Shown: in pieces, positions 39,360 to 50,221 of the stretch
Position numbering within the stretch: the stretch's first letter is position 1
How the letters are laid out: each line of letters begins with the position of its first letter
Assembly: GCA_965221905.1 (NCBI GenBank)
Contig: OZ244922.1
Span: 3,360,001-3,424,000, forward strand
DNA length: 64,000 nt
Direction of reading: 5' to 3'
DNA from: Chloroflexota bacterium
Lineage (GTDB): Bacteria; Chloroflexota; UBA11872; VXOZ01
Notes under the pieces: generated by a model
Told to the model about the DNA's origin: nothing
The model's database searches: none
The model's input: the letters and a program-made list of their open reading frames with translations, nothing else
Made by a program: the position numbers and the translations under genes

Positions 39360-40670
39360 ATGAGAATACCAGTGCTTACACTCTTACGGCGAGCCGATAT
39401 TGTCGCTGTCTTTGCGCACCGTAGCTATCGCTACCTGGCTGCCGCATACATCATCAGTATCGTGGGCGACGCGGTTTACTTTGTTGCCGTTCCCTGGCAT
39501 GTGCTTAACGAACAGGGACTTGGCGAGTCCTTAAGTTTTGGCTCGGCCGCAAGTCTTGTGCTAACAGCGGCCACGATTCCGATCCTCATCATGCCGCCGT
39601 TGGCTGGTGTGCTGGCAGACCGCATGGACCGCAAGTTTCTCATGCTCTTTTCGCACGTGGTGCGGATGTTGATATTGGCAGTGCTCATCATACTGGGGCA
39701 CGTGGGGGAACTGAATACGCTGGTCCTTGCTGTAGCCGCGTTCTTGCTCACGGCAGCCGGACAGCTATTCTACCCGGCTCGCGCGGCTATGCTGCCGAAT
39801 CTGTTGCCGAGGAATGAACTGGTAGCAGGAAACGCGGCGATGGCGGCAGGATTTCAACCTATTGACATTGCCGAAAGAGCCGCAGTGGGATTCCTCATCG
39901 CCGCTGTGGGAGGGCTGAATGCTCTTGGTGTCGCTCTCGTCATGTACGGCCTCGCAGCGTGGTTGCTTAGCAGAATTGAAGCGCCTGAGCAAATCGGAAA
40001 CCAGAGCATGGCCGGCAAGGATGCCAAGCCGCACGCATGGCCGCTTGAGATGGTGAAAGTCGGGACTCGCGACCTGGCATACTCGGTGTACTTCTTAGTT
40101 AGACACCCTCTACTTCGTGCGATTGCCATTGCCGGGCTGACGCTCAGTGCGTTGCAAAGTACCGCAATTCTCATAGCGATTCATATGTATTTCAGGGATG
40201 TCCTAAGCGAGGGACCGGAGTCGGTGGGTACGTTTACTGCGATTAAGTCGGTCGGGATGCTTCTTGCTTTGCTTGCGGTGCCGTGGCTTGCAAGACGATT
40301 CGGCGACGGCAAGATTAGTTTACTTGCGCTATCAGCCATGGGTGTGCTTGTCGGTGGGTTGGCCGGTGTGGGGCAGCTTTGGCAAGGTTTAGCTGTTGCA
40401 GCCCTTATGGGTGTCCTGACCGCCGGGATGTTACCCCTTGGGAGTATCGTGCAAGCGGAGACTCCCGATCACCTGCGTGGGAGAGTGGTAGCAGTTCTTG
40501 CCACGATCAACATTTTGGTTGCGATCTGCTTCGCGCTATTGTTTTCGGCTCTCATTGAATTTACGGGGCCAAGGTTCATCCTCCTCGCTACTGGAACCGT
40601 GATTGTTCTTTCAGGCGTTGCGCTCCTGAAAGTGAAAGAGGTTCGGCTGGCGCGCCTCGCCACGCTCTAG
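39360..40670 (+). CDS. MFS transporter (DHA3-like)
   Basis: About 12 TM, AGVLADRMDRK, TPDHLRGRV. Confidence 0.88.
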   Translation: MRIPVLTLLRRADIVAVFAHRSYRYLAAAYIISIVGDAVYFVAVPWHVLNEQGLGESLSFGSAASLVLTAATIPILIMPPLAGVLADRMDRKFLMLFSHVVRMLILAVLIILGHVGELNTLVLAVAAFLLTAAGQLFYPARAAMLPNLLPRNELVAGNAAMAAGFQPIDIAERAAVGFLIAAVGGLNALGVALVMYGLAAWLLSRIEAPEQIGNQSMAGKDAKPHAWPLEMVKVGTRDLAYSVYFLVRHPLLRAIAIAGLTLSALQSTAILIAIHMYFRDVLSEGPESVGTFTAIKSVGMLLALLAVPWLARRFGDGKISLLALSAMGVLVGGLAGVGQLWQGLAVAALMGVLTAGMLPLGSIVQAETPDHLRGRVVAVLATINILVAICFALLFSALIEFTGPRFILLATGTVIVLSGVALLKVKEVRLARLATL

Positions 40671-40853
40671 CAAGCGCACAGCGCAACCAATCAAGGCGGA
40701 CCTCTCACTACTAGTGGCGAATGTGAAGGTTGTTTCGCTGAGCGCTATGGACTTGGCACACCACTTTGTCGCAGCAACTTCTACGCAGCGCTGTCTTGAT
40801 AACTGGCTGGGCAGTCGTGGGCATGTGTACCTCGTGGTAGCGCCCGGAAGCAA

Positions 40854-42344
40854 CTAATCTGTTGCCCAGGACCGCGCGCGTTCGACGGCGCGTTGCCAGG
40901 TGGTGTAGCGCGATTCTCGCTCGTCGGCGCTGATTTGGGGTTCGTAGCGCCGGGCAACGCGCCACTGCGCCGCTACGGCGGCAGCGTCCGGCCAAAAGCC
41001 CACGCCAAGCCCGGCCAGATACGCCGCGCCGAGCGCTGTGGTCTCCGCAACTGCGGGTACCACCACCGGGATGCCGAGCAGATCGGCTTGGGTCTGCATC
41101 AGAAGCGCATTTGCCACCGCGCCGCCGTCCGCCCGGAGTTCTTGCAGCGCAACGCCCGATTCCTGCTGCATCGTCTCTACCACGTCGCGTGCCTGCAACG
41201 CTATTGCTTCCAGGGTGGCGCGGACCACATGGGCTTTGGTCGAGCCCAGCGTCAAGCCAAGAATGGCGCCGCGTGCCTGTGGGTCCCAGTAGGGCGTGCC
41301 CAAACCGGTGAACGCGGGCACCACGACCACACCGCCCGAATCGGGGACCTGACGGGCAAGCGTTTCGCTCTCCGCTGCCGTGGCGATGACGCCTAGCTTG
41401 TCCCGCAACCACTGTACGGCGGCGCCTGCCACGAAAACCGATCCTTCCAACGCATAGGCGGGGCCTTTCGGCGACGCCGCCACCGTGGTGAGCAAACCGG
41501 CGTGTGACGCCGTAGCCTGAGCGCCGGTGTGCGAAAGCAGGAAGCAGCCGGTGCCGTAGGTGTTCTTGGCGTGACCGGGCTCCCAGCAGGTTTGGCCGAA
41601 CAGCGCCGCTTGCTGATCGCCCGCGATTCCGGCAATCGGAACGGCGGCGCCAAACACCGCCGGATCAGTGTTTTCTATAACCCCTGATGAGGGCACCACT
41701 CGCGGTAAGGCCTCCCGTGGGATGCCAAAGAGCGCGAGCAGGTCGTCGTCCCAGGCGTGCGCGTGGATGTCGTAGAGCATGGTGCGTGAGGCGTTGGTGG
41801 CGTCGGTCACATGCTGGGCGTGTCCCGTGAGCTTAGCGATGAGCCAGGCGTCTACGGTGCCCAGGCAGAGGTCGTCCTGGGCGGCAAGCTCCCTGGCGCG
41901 CGGGACGTTCCGCAAAATCCACTCGAACTTCGGGCCTGAGAAGTAGGCGTCCAGCACCAGGCCGGTTTTCTGCCTTACTGTATCGGCCAGGCCCCGCGCC
42001 TCTAGTTCTTGGCAGCGGGCCGCTGTACGGCGGCACTGCCAGACAATGGCGTTACAGAGCGGCTCGCCGGTCGAGCGTTGCCAGGCAACAGCAGTCTCCC
42101 GTTGATTGGCGATCCCAAGCGCCACAATCTGAACGGGCGCAACACCGGACTTTTCTAGCAACGCCTGGATAGAATCGCGCTGAGTATTCCAAATAGCGTT
42201 GGGGTCGTGTTCCACCCAGCCTGCTTGCGGGTATATTTGCGGTAATTCCCGGCCGGCGCTCGCGACGATCTGCCCGGCGGCGTCAAAGAGAATAGCCCGC
42301 GAGGAAGTGGTGCCCTGGTCGAGGGCGAGAATGTAATTACTCAC
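40854..42344 (-). CDS. glpK: Glycerol kinase
   Basis: LALDQGTTSSR, GIANQRET, IVWQCRRT, GDQQAALFG, KNTYGTG, DGG; true start GTG 42344 (the longer ORF runs into a REP). Confidence 0.95.
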   Translation of the reverse strand: MSNYILALDQGTTSSRAILFDAAGQIVASAGRELPQIYPQAGWVEHDPNAIWNTQRDSIQALLEKSGVAPVQIVALGIANQRETAVAWQRSTGEPLCNAIVWQCRRTAARCQELEARGLADTVRQKTGLVLDAYFSGPKFEWILRNVPRARELAAQDDLCLGTVDAWLIAKLTGHAQHVTDATNASRTMLYDIHAHAWDDDLLALFGIPREALPRVVPSSGVIENTDPAVFGAAVPIAGIAGDQQAALFGQTCWEPGHAKNTYGTGCFLLSHTGAQATASHAGLLTTVAASPKGPAYALEGSVFVAGAAVQWLRDKLGVIATAAESETLARQVPDSGGVVVVPAFTGLGTPYWDPQARGAILGLTLGSTKAHVVRATLEAIALQARDVVETMQQESGVALQELRADGGAVANALLMQTQADLLGIPVVVPAVAETTALGAAYLAGLGVGFWPDAAAVAAQWRVARRYEPQISADERESRYTTWQRAVERARSWATD

Positions 42345-42385
42345 TGTATCCCCACTCCCGCTCCGGGCACCAAAGCGCTTCCTCC

Positions 42386-42413
42386 CATCATTCCGGCGCA
42401 AGCCGGAATCCAG
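42386..42413. repeat. CGTC-type REP palindrome
   Basis: cattccggcgcaagccggaatccag; related copies at 43745-43772, 47664-47691 and 59524-59551. Confidence 0.75.
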
Positions 42414-42460
42414 CAAAGCTGGAGATGTATGAGGAAACGCTTCTTAGGCAGGCGCACAGA

Positions 42461-43480
42461 TTACGCATTTTCCGCGGCGCTAACCCGTACTTCCTGCCCG
42501 TCGGCCACAGCCATAGTAAACCGTATGCGGCCTTCCGCAAGCGCTGTCACTCCGGCCACCGGCGCGCCGTCGCTGGTAACTTGCGAACGCTGCCACGCGC
42601 GCGGCGTATCCAGGGTGAAAGTGATCTCCCGGTGCCGGACTCGCTCCGGGATTCGGGGCGCTTCCATGTGAAACGTGATGGCCTCATCCGTAGTGAGGAG
42701 AGCGCGTGGATGGGCGGCGCGGCGCATCAGAATGTAGTCAATCACTTCGTCCGGCGTCGCGCGCCACACGTCGCCAACTTCCGCTACCTTCTCGAAGCGT
42801 TCGGCAAGCAGCGCGGGCGTAATGTTGCGTTCTGGGTCTGCCGGACTCTCGGAAACAACCCGGGCGCTGTCCACCAGCCAGCCGCCGGTATCCCACGCCT
42901 GATGCAGCCGCCAGTAAGGATCGTACACGCGTAGCGGCAGCACAGTGCTTTCCACGGTGTACATCGCTGCTCGCCCTAGCGCGTTCAAGTCCTCATCGAC
43001 GTGATTGTAGTTCAGGCGGTCTTCAAGCGTAAAGACACTAAGGTATCCGGCTTCCTGTATCTCCTCGGGCGTGAAGCCGTGATGATGGTCTTGCCGCGAG
43101 ACCACGAGAGCCGTAATCGGCGTTCCCACGAGTTCCTCAAGTGTTTGCGAAGTCAGCACCGTAGGGGCACCCCTCGTGGGCGCCCGATCACCATCGCGCG
43201 CTTGTTCGCGTGTCGGGCCCAGACCGGCAACACTCCAGCCGTGGCGTTGCAGCTCTCGGACCTCGTTCAGGTTGAGGTAGCGTCCGTGCTCACCTTCGTT
43301 CGCGTCTTGCCGGTGCTCTTCACCGTCTGCAATGCGTTCTGCATCCAGCGCTACCGTGCCTGGCATGGCGTGTTTTCGGTGTAGCGGCAAGGCATGCTGC
43401 AGCAGCGTGGGCACCCCTTCGTCATACGTGACGGAATATACCCAACGCCAACCGTACTTCCACGTCTCAACTCGCAGCAC
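42461..43480 (-). CDS. Polysaccharide deacetylase-like protein (divergent)
   Basis: WVYSVTYDEG NodB-like start, VRELQRHGWSV, VWRATPDEVIDY; GTG 43480 after AAAGGA. Confidence 0.65.
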   Translation of the reverse strand: MLRVETWKYGWRWVYSVTYDEGVPTLLQHALPLHRKHAMPGTVALDAERIADGEEHRQDANEGEHGRYLNLNEVRELQRHGWSVAGLGPTREQARDGDRAPTRGAPTVLTSQTLEELVGTPITALVVSRQDHHHGFTPEEIQEAGYLSVFTLEDRLNYNHVDEDLNALGRAAMYTVESTVLPLRVYDPYWRLHQAWDTGGWLVDSARVVSESPADPERNITPALLAERFEKVAEVGDVWRATPDEVIDYILMRRAAHPRALLTTDEAITFHMEAPRIPERVRHREITFTLDTPRAWQRSQVTSDGAPVAGVTALAEGRIRFTMAVADGQEVRVSAAENA

Positions 43481-43934
43481 GAGGTTTTTCCTTTGTCTAA
43501 TTGCAGCGGACTTTGAGGTGATTATAGAGCCACCTCCCTTGACTATCAATTTAAGTGCTACTTTAGAGTAGCGTCCGACGCTGGGAGACGTGAAGGGGGT
43601 TCAATGGGCGGGCTAACAGGAAGAGCTGTAGTATAACCGGTAAGATAGAGCGTGAGTGCGCAGCAGATTGTGTAGGTTTCAGAAGAGAGCAGGCGGCACT
43701 CTGTGAGTGAGGCCAAGACGGTGGGAAGAGAGACACTGCCGGCCCGTCATTCCCGCGCAAACGGGAATCCATCTTCCCGGAGACACGTGGACACTCCCGC
43801 GAAAGTGGCAGTGACGACAGGGAGGCTGCGGGTTTCGCTTTGTTGACACCTGAACTCAACAGGATTCCCCTGCTCATTCTTCACCTGAAAGACTAGAGGA
43901 CTGCTGCCATCCTCAAAACTGAGGGAGGTCCCAA

Positions 43935-44741
43935 ATGACGAACCTAGAACTCACCGTGCGTTTTCTGATTCACGAGCCGCGTGCGCCGGGCCTGCCGTAC
44001 CGGGAAGAGCACTTTGGCTTCAAGCACAATCCCGTGAGCATTCCGCCAACCCAAGCCGCCATTGTGCTCGTGGACTGCTGGGACGAGCCGACCATCGAGA
44101 GTCACGGCGAGCGCTCCTCCCAGATCTGCCGTGACCTCATTCGGCCTCTGCTGGACGTGTGCCGCGCGCTGGGAATTGCGGTGATCCATGCGCCGTCGCC
44201 GCCGGTGGCGCAGAAGTTTCCCCAGTGGTTGCGTTACGCGGGTGATAGCGAGCTCTTTCCGCAGCAGAAGCCTGCGGCGGACTGGCCGCCGCCGGACTTT
44301 GCGCAGCGCCAGGGAGAATGGGCGAACCTGGAGGCGCACTACAGTGACGAGTGGCTGCCTCTCCGGCAACAGCACAATGCGGTGCGCTCGATTGACTGCT
44401 CGGTATGGCCGGCGGACGAGGACTACGTGATCGCGACCGGCGAGCAACTGCACCGTCTATGTCGAGACAGGAACCTACGCTACCTCTTCTACGCCGGCTT
44501 TGCTACCAACTACTGCGTGCCGCACCGCGACTACGGCGTCTTCGCCATGCGCGAGCGCGGCTACTGCATCATGGTGCTGCGGGACTGCACGACCAGCATC
44601 GGCGCGCCCGGCCTGCCTCACAATCTCTGCACAGAGGAAGTATTTCATCACCTTGAGTCGCGCAGTCTTGCGGGTTCGATCACCTCGGAGGAATTTACCG
44701 AGGCTTCCACCCTTGTGACGGGATCAGCCAAGGAGACTTAA
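43935..44741 (+). CDS. Isochorismatase/cysteine hydrolase family protein
   Basis: VLVDCWD, VIHAPS, YAGFATNYCV, VLRDCT; GGAGG RBS. Confidence 0.82.
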   Translation: MTNLELTVRFLIHEPRAPGLPYREEHFGFKHNPVSIPPTQAAIVLVDCWDEPTIESHGERSSQICRDLIRPLLDVCRALGIAVIHAPSPPVAQKFPQWLRYAGDSELFPQQKPAADWPPPDFAQRQGEWANLEAHYSDEWLPLRQQHNAVRSIDCSVWPADEDYVIATGEQLHRLCRDRNLRYLFYAGFATNYCVPHRDYGVFAMRERGYCIMVLRDCTTSIGAPGLPHNLCTEEVFHHLESRSLAGSITSEEFTEASTLVTGSAKET

Positions 44742-44862
44742 CGCGCTGGAGGGAGGCAACGCCCCCGTGCCTCCCTCCTCGATGAGTTTCTGTGCTTTTC
44801 TACGCTCACAGGCTTCGGCTGATGCTACCACAGCCCAGGTGTGTGCACAGCCAATCTGTAGC

Positions 44863-46236
44863 TTACTGGTTCTCCGCCTTCCAGTCCGCAATAGCCTGCT
44901 CGAGCGCCGCGAACGAGTTATCCACCGCCTCTTCCGACGTCAGATTGTCCTCCTCCCGGAAGTGCGGCCGCAGGTGCGTATTGAGGGCGCCAGTGAAATT
45001 TCTGTACGCCGGGTGCGGCCAGAACGGCGTAGCATAGCCCGCGCTGCGAGCGAATGACAACTGGTTGGCTGGGCGCGGATCGTCTTCCGGGGGGCCGAAG
45101 GCATGCTGCGAGGGAATATGAACCGGAATGGCGTCGCCGCGATTGCCCATCCACTGCTGAAAGTTCGGCTTCGCAAACCATACGACGAGTGTCTCGGCAT
45201 CCGGATTGGTGCTGCTCTCCAGGACGAAATGTTCCTCCTGGCCCATGAAGGCGCCCCTCGTGCGTCCGCCGCCGATTTGAAGATAGGGCGGCTCGAAGGA
45301 ATCGAACTTGAGCTCGGCCTGATCGCGTGATGGCACGATGCCCCAGGTGCCGAAGATTACCTGGCTGAGTTGCTGGTTGCCGAACGCATTGATGGCAAAG
45401 CCGCTCAGATCGATGTCGTCGTTGTTTGGCCCCGGCGCCGCCTGCCGCCTGACCCACGCATCCTTGATCATGAGCACCATTTGCAAGGCGATTTCGCGGT
45501 CGGCAGCCAGTTCACCGTCTTCGTCGAGCATGCCCGCATAGACGAACGGCAAGTATTGCGGAATATAGGAACTGGTGCTGATACCCCAAGCAGTATTCTT
45601 CTCCTGCCCCTGGTTGAGGGAAGCCGTCAGCTTCTCCGCATCGTCGAGGACCTGCTCCCAAGTTGTGTCGTCCGTGGGATAATTCAGCCCGGCCGTATCG
45701 AAGTGCTGCTTGTTGTAGAAGAGGCTCGTCGTGTTCAGACCGTACGGCACGCCGAGCAGCTTGCCCTGCCAGGTATTGCCCTTAACCACCGGCTCGACAA
45801 ACTCGCTGATATCGATGCCGTGCGCCTTCAGAATCGGGCGGTGGTCCCTGACTAAGTCGGCCACTTGATGCGGGGCTACGCCCCACCAGCAGACGTCCGG
45901 CGGGGAGCCGGCTGCCAAGAGCGGCGGCAACTCTCGCGGCGGGTAGCCCAACTTCCAGGCAACATCGACCTCCGGATGGTCCAGATCGAATTGCTCCAGC
46001 GTGGCCGCAGTCTTCGCAATCGTGCTCTCGCGCTGACTGATCAGCAGAGCCACCACCGGCGCGTGTTCCACGACCGTCGGCTGACTTGCTTCTTCCTTCG
46101 GGGCGTCTGCTGCCTGCTCCATCGGCGCTCCCGTGGTCTGTACTTGCCCGCACGCCGCCAAGACCAGCCCGGCGGAGCCGACGGCTGCCGACGAACCAAG
46201 CAGACTGCGCCGTGATAGGCGATGGACGTTTTTCAT
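44863..46236 (-). CDS. Extracellular solute-binding lipoprotein (Tat signal), carbohydrate ABC type, without adjacent permease
   Basis: SRRSLLG...LAAC, GKLLGVP, LFYNK.F..AGL.YP..TW. Confidence 0.85.
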   Translation of the reverse strand: MKNVHRLSRRSLLGSSAAVGSAGLVLAACGQVQTTGAPMEQAADAPKEEASQPTVVEHAPVVALLISQRESTIAKTAATLEQFDLDHPEVDVAWKLGYPPRELPPLLAAGSPPDVCWWGVAPHQVADLVRDHRPILKAHGIDISEFVEPVVKGNTWQGKLLGVPYGLNTTSLFYNKQHFDTAGLNYPTDDTTWEQVLDDAEKLTASLNQGQEKNTAWGISTSSYIPQYLPFVYAGMLDEDGELAADREIALQMVLMIKDAWVRRQAAPGPNNDDIDLSGFAINAFGNQQLSQVIFGTWGIVPSRDQAELKFDSFEPPYLQIGGGRTRGAFMGQEEHFVLESSTNPDAETLVVWFAKPNFQQWMGNRGDAIPVHIPSQHAFGPPEDDPRPANQLSFARSAGYATPFWPHPAYRNFTGALNTHLRPHFREEDNLTSEEAVDNSFAALEQAIADWKAENQ

Positions 46237-46386
46237 CGTTGCTCTCCTTTGTGCTATTGCTCTCTCATCGGGAACGGCTTTGGATCCTTCCCAGCCAATT
46301 TCCACTGTGGCTAAGAGTGTACTTCTCAATATTGCACACTGTCAAGGCAACGCTAGGATTCTGGGACAGCCCCATCACATTACTTT

Positions 46387-46750
46387 CAGGGAGTTTCCTG
46401 CAATACCTGCGGCAAGTAAATGAGAGAAGAGACATGCAAGTGAAGAGAAAAATAGACCGAGCAAACTTGGCCCTGACCCCTATTGAGAGGCTAATCCGCA
46501 TGTCATTTCGAGCGAAGCGAGAAATCTAGAGCCCAAGCAAAGTAGATTCTTCGTCGCGGAGTCTATCCTGAGCTTGTCGAAGTGCTCCTCAGAATGACGG
46601 GCCAAAGGGCGAGGCTGCGCGGCGGTTGGCAAATTGCCCAGTATCTTGAGACCGACTACGTCCAAAGCCACTAGTTGCGGTGAGAATAGCTTAGTCGGCG
46701 GGCTTCGCACAGCAGCGGAGCCGGGCGACAAGGATCGCAGAAGTTCCCTG
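46387..46750. mobile_element. Possible degenerate TIR element carrying a REP doublet
   Basis: Ends cagggagtttcctgcaat and atcgcagaagttccctg are imperfectly inverted; inside is tgtcatttcgagcgaagcgagaaatct...agattcttcgtcgc...ctcagaatgac. Confidence 0.4.
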
Positions 46751-46751
46751 G

Positions 46752-47525
46752 CTACGCTTTTCGCACAGCCAGGATACGTTCCATGTTGCCGCCCATGATG
46801 AGCGCGCGCTGCTCTTCTGTCAGTCCCGCTGCCCTAATCTTGCCAACACCGGCGGTAAAAGACGTATCGCAGCCGAAGAGCACGCGCTCCGCGCCGACGA
46901 CGCGCACAGCCGTCTCCACCATGCCGCTATCGAAAACGCTGCCGCTAGTATCCAGGTAGAGGTTTGGCGTAGCGCGCGCCGCTTTGACGGTCCACTCCCA
47001 GTCACCGCCGCCGCCGATGTGGGCGACTATCAGCACTGCTTCGGGGTAGCGCGCTGCCAGTGTTGCCAGGTCGCCGCTGTCTGAGATGTTGGGCTGCTTG
47101 GGTATCGGCCGGTGCGGATGTCCGGCGTGATGCAGAATAGGCACGCCGAGTTCGATAGCCAGTTCAATGATGGGAAAGAGGATGGGATCGGTGCACTTGT
47201 ATTCGTTGTAGAGCTTCACGCCGATGAATCCTTGCTCTTCCACGTAGTAACGAATCTCGCTCAGCGCTTCCCGCGTGTAGCCGGGATTCACATAGCAATA
47301 CCCTCGCACCGCGGTGGGGTAGCGCCGGGTCGCGGCGGCCAGTTGCCGGTTGCATTCTTGGAAGTCCTCGAGTGGGGCGGGCATTGCGGTGGTCAGAATT
47401 GAAGCACAGCTCATGCCGATGCCCACCCGCTCTGCCGCCTCAATCAGGGCGGCGTCGCTGGACCCCCAGATCCGCGTGATACCGGTGTGCTCACCGGTCA
47501 GGTGAGCGTGACAGTCAATTATCAT
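46752..47525 (-). CDS. Amidohydrolase_2 family protein
   Basis: IDCHAH, GVKL, ILHH, VAHIGGG, YLDTSGS, LFGCD. Confidence 0.88.
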   Translation of the reverse strand: MIIDCHAHLTGEHTGITRIWGSSDAALIEAAERVGIGMSCASILTTAMPAPLEDFQECNRQLAAATRRYPTAVRGYCYVNPGYTREALSEIRYYVEEQGFIGVKLYNEYKCTDPILFPIIELAIELGVPILHHAGHPHRPIPKQPNISDSGDLATLAARYPEAVLIVAHIGGGGDWEWTVKAARATPNLYLDTSGSVFDSGMVETAVRVVGAERVLFGCDTSFTAGVGKIRAAGLTEEQRALIMGGNMERILAVRKA

Positions 47526-47752
47526 CGGTAGTACCTCGTACCTAGACCTTTCGTCCGCACTTTCCAATTCTCCCGCGCTGTTTGCCACCGCCCCGACAGT
47601 CACTTCCGGCCGCCCTAACCACCACTATTCTCCACGCCGACCGTCACGTTCGACCGCCCTATCCGTCACTCCCGCGAAAGCGGGAGTCCAGGGTTCTTGG
47701 AGAAGATGGATTCCCGCCCCGAATCAAGTACGGGACAAGCTATCGCGGGAAC

Positions 47753-48070
47753 TGTAAATGTTGAGTAGTTCGTTGACAGAGTTTTCAATCCAGTTAATGT
47801 CATGGAAAGTTGAGGACGTTCACCTCCGTCATTCCGGCGAAAGCCGGAATCCATCTTCACTGCACCCGCTACACTCCGGCTCCGAATCAATCTGGAGGCA
47901 GGCTATGCGCCGGAGTTGCGGTTTTTGTGCCGCCTACCATGTTCGTTCTTAATGCCTGCGTTGTCTTTGCTCGTTACAAAAAAACCCATTGGGTAAGGTA
48001 GCTGATTGGTAGCCCAAAATTCCTGCCGTATCATGCTCCCATTCTGTCAACGAGTCTCCTGACACTTACA
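47753..48070 (-). mobile_element. 318-bp MITE, copy 2 (inverted orientation)
   Basis: Reverse complement aligns end to end with 22686-23003; flanks ggaac and ggaat, inside a cgcgggaatgac REP arm. Confidence 0.88.
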
Positions 48071-48194
48071 GGAATGACGGACTATAGAGCGCCTTTCTAC
48101 TCGATCCCGCCATGCCTGCAATCCAAGCGTCCCCGCGCTACGGTTCATGACAAGCGAGAGACAGTTACCCGGTGCCATGATCCGCCAAACACGT

Positions 48195-48974
48195 TTACTC
48201 TTCGCCCAGCAGACGACTCGCATTCTGCCATCGAATCCGATCTTTCACCGTTTCCGGCACGTCGAGGACCTCCAGCTTGTAGAGCGGCACTTCAGCCGAT
48301 GTGAGCGGCATGCCGCTGCCAAAGACCAGCCGCTCCGGTCCCAGGTCCGTGAGGAGCGTGGGCAGCTCTTCCTTTACGAAAACCGAGAGCCGCGAGATAT
48401 CCAGGCCGTAGTTGGCTTGCACGGCGCCACGTACGCCAAGGGGAGTTTCCGTGAAGCCCAAGCCGTAGTGAAAGACGAAGCGCCCGTCTGGATGCGCTTG
48501 CGCCAGTGCTGCCATGTCCGCTATCGGCACAATGCCGGGTTGGGCAATGAGCCACGACCGCTCGCGGTCATCCTCGACCCAATGGGGCACGGAAATCACC
48601 AAGTTTCGGGCAATGGCCGCTTCCACAAGTTCACGGCAGGCGGGATCGCGCAAGGTGTAGCGATGGTAAGGCGGGTAGAGCCGTACGCCCCGACACCCGA
48701 ATTCCTCTTGGCAGACCGTTAGGTCGTGCTCCCAATCGGCATATGTCGGGTTGATGACGGCAAAAGGTACCAGGCGATCATGGTGCTGACGCACCTCGGC
48801 GTGGAGCTCCTCGTTCCCCGCATGAGCATTGCGGTAGAGGATTGAGCTCGCAGACGATACCCACGCCTGGTCGATGCCGTGACTGTCCATGGCGCGCAAT
48901 AGGCCGCTGGCTGAGCGCCACTGCAAGGGACGAAACCCCCAGTGACCAACGTGAACATGTGTATCTATCAGCAT
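48195..48974 (-). CDS. Amidohydrolase_2 family protein
   Basis: IDTHVH, GVRLYPPYH, RLVFGSGMP. Confidence 0.85.
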   Translation of the reverse strand: MLIDTHVHVGHWGFRPLQWRSASGLLRAMDSHGIDQAWVSSASSILYRNAHAGNEELHAEVRQHHDRLVPFAVINPTYADWEHDLTVCQEEFGCRGVRLYPPYHRYTLRDPACRELVEAAIARNLVISVPHWVEDDRERSWLIAQPGIVPIADMAALAQAHPDGRFVFHYGLGFTETPLGVRGAVQANYGLDISRLSVFVKEELPTLLTDLGPERLVFGSGMPLTSAEVPLYKLEVLDVPETVKDRIRWQNASRLLGEE

Positions 48975-49147
48975 CAGCCTACCCGATCACGTTTGATGTC
49001 TACCTGCCTGTTAGCCGCACGAAAGAGGCGATCAGCAACTTGAAGAAAACTAGAGATTCCGCCATGTGCCCAACCCTCGTCACGATTCCGGCTGGATAGT
49101 GAGTGTGTACAGCGCATTATTAGTGACACTACATGTGAAATTTTAGG

Positions 49148-49219
49148 TGACCCGCCAGGGACTCGAACCCCGAACCCACTGATTAAGAGTCAGTTGCTCT
49201 GCCATTGAGCTAGCGGGCC
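49148..49219 (-). tRNA. tRNA-Lys (CTT)
   Basis: GGCCCGC TAGCTCAATGGCAGAGC A ACTGA CTCTTAA TCAGT ... GGGGTTCGAGTCCCT G GCGGGTC A; complete cloverleaf; followed by CCT, so CCA is not fully encoded. Confidence 0.95.
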
Positions 49220-49292
49220 GTTACCGTGCTGTGGACTTGCATGCATTGTAGCATTCGATTATGGACACGGACAAGATAGCATACTGTTTTGC

Positions 49293-49410
49293 GGCCGTTC
49301 GTGCTGGGCATTTCGCCAGGCTTAGCATAGGCTTGTCGATGCATGAACGGCGTTAGCTGCACTGTGTTCGTGGTGCAATCGTTCGCCCTGAGCCTGTCGA
49401 AGGGTGAACG
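49293..49410. repeat. REP doublet (CGTTCG...CTGAGCCTGTCGAAG family)
   Basis: ccgttcgtgctg...gcttgtcgatgcatgaacgg and cgttcgccctgagcctgtcgaagggtgaacg. Confidence 0.65.
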
Positions 49411-49533
49411 ATTGCCAATCGCGCGAAAGAATCTTCACAGAAGGACTGCCGAGACGCCCCAGTGCCGGACCGTCCTTGCATTGCTTCTCACCATACTCCT
49501 GGAGTTTGTTCCACTGAGCCTCGTGGTTTCGGA

Positions 49534-50214
49534 TCACTGCTCTGAAGCGTCTCCCGATATTGCTATCTCACGCTCGAAGTGCGGCTCGGTGCGTTCGCCG
49601 CGATGCCAGGCGAACGCCTGGGGCACGCGGTCGCGGGCGCCGGGCGTGAGTTGCGGCAGCGCGTCTTCGGAGTAGTACCCCACGTCCAGGGCTTCACTCG
49701 TCGGGTGCGGTGTGCCTGAAACGTATGAGCACATGAAGCCGACCATATAGACCTGAAACGGCGCTCGGCCTCCGTATGCCCGGTTGTCATAGATGCCAAG
49801 CAGGCGCTCGGCGCGCACGTGCACGCCGGTCTCTTCCCAAAATTCCCGTTCCGCCGCCTGGGCCGCCGTTTCGCCAACTTCCACCATGCCGCCCGGCATT
49901 GCCCATAGACGGTTGTCCGACCGCTGCATGAGCAACACGCGACCCTGTGCGTCGAACAGCGCGCCAAAGGCCGCTACTTTCGGCGTCTGCACGCCGATGT
50001 CTCCGTTGTAAAGCGCCAGAATCTCCTCTGCTGAGCGTGTATCGGTGTGCGCAAAGAGCCGCGCCGCCAACGCCAATACCCGCTCGTAACGGGCAATTTC
50101 GTACTCATCATCCTCCCGCCGCGCGTAAAAGAGCCCGGTCTGCCCAATAGCCCGCAACTGGTCGGCAATATCCTGCAAATCTTCGCGTATCACGTTGTTT
50201 TCTTCATTAGCCAT
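49534..50214 (-). CDS. NUDIX hydrolase with Nudix N-terminal domain
   Basis: LRAIGQTGL..Y, TPKV, WAMPGGMVEVGETAAQAAEREFWEETG Nudix box; ATG 50214. Confidence 0.9.
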   Translation of the reverse strand: MANEENNVIREDLQDIADQLRAIGQTGLFYARREDDEYEIARYERVLALAARLFAHTDTRSAEEILALYNGDIGVQTPKVAAFGALFDAQGRVLLMQRSDNRLWAMPGGMVEVGETAAQAAEREFWEETGVHVRAERLLGIYDNRAYGGRAPFQVYMVGFMCSYVSGTPHPTSEALDVGYYSEDALPQLTPGARDRVPQAFAWHRGERTEPHFEREIAISGDASEQ

Positions 50215-50221
50215 GTGGTAC

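Noticed and set aside
42345-42416. N-terminal extension of GlpK (MLDSGLRRNDG...)
   Set aside because: It is translation of a CGTC-type REP; homology starts at GTG 42344.
49148-49219. tRNA-Lys as an integration site for an island
   Set aside because: No duplicate of the tRNA 3' end was noticed, and no integrase is present in the window.
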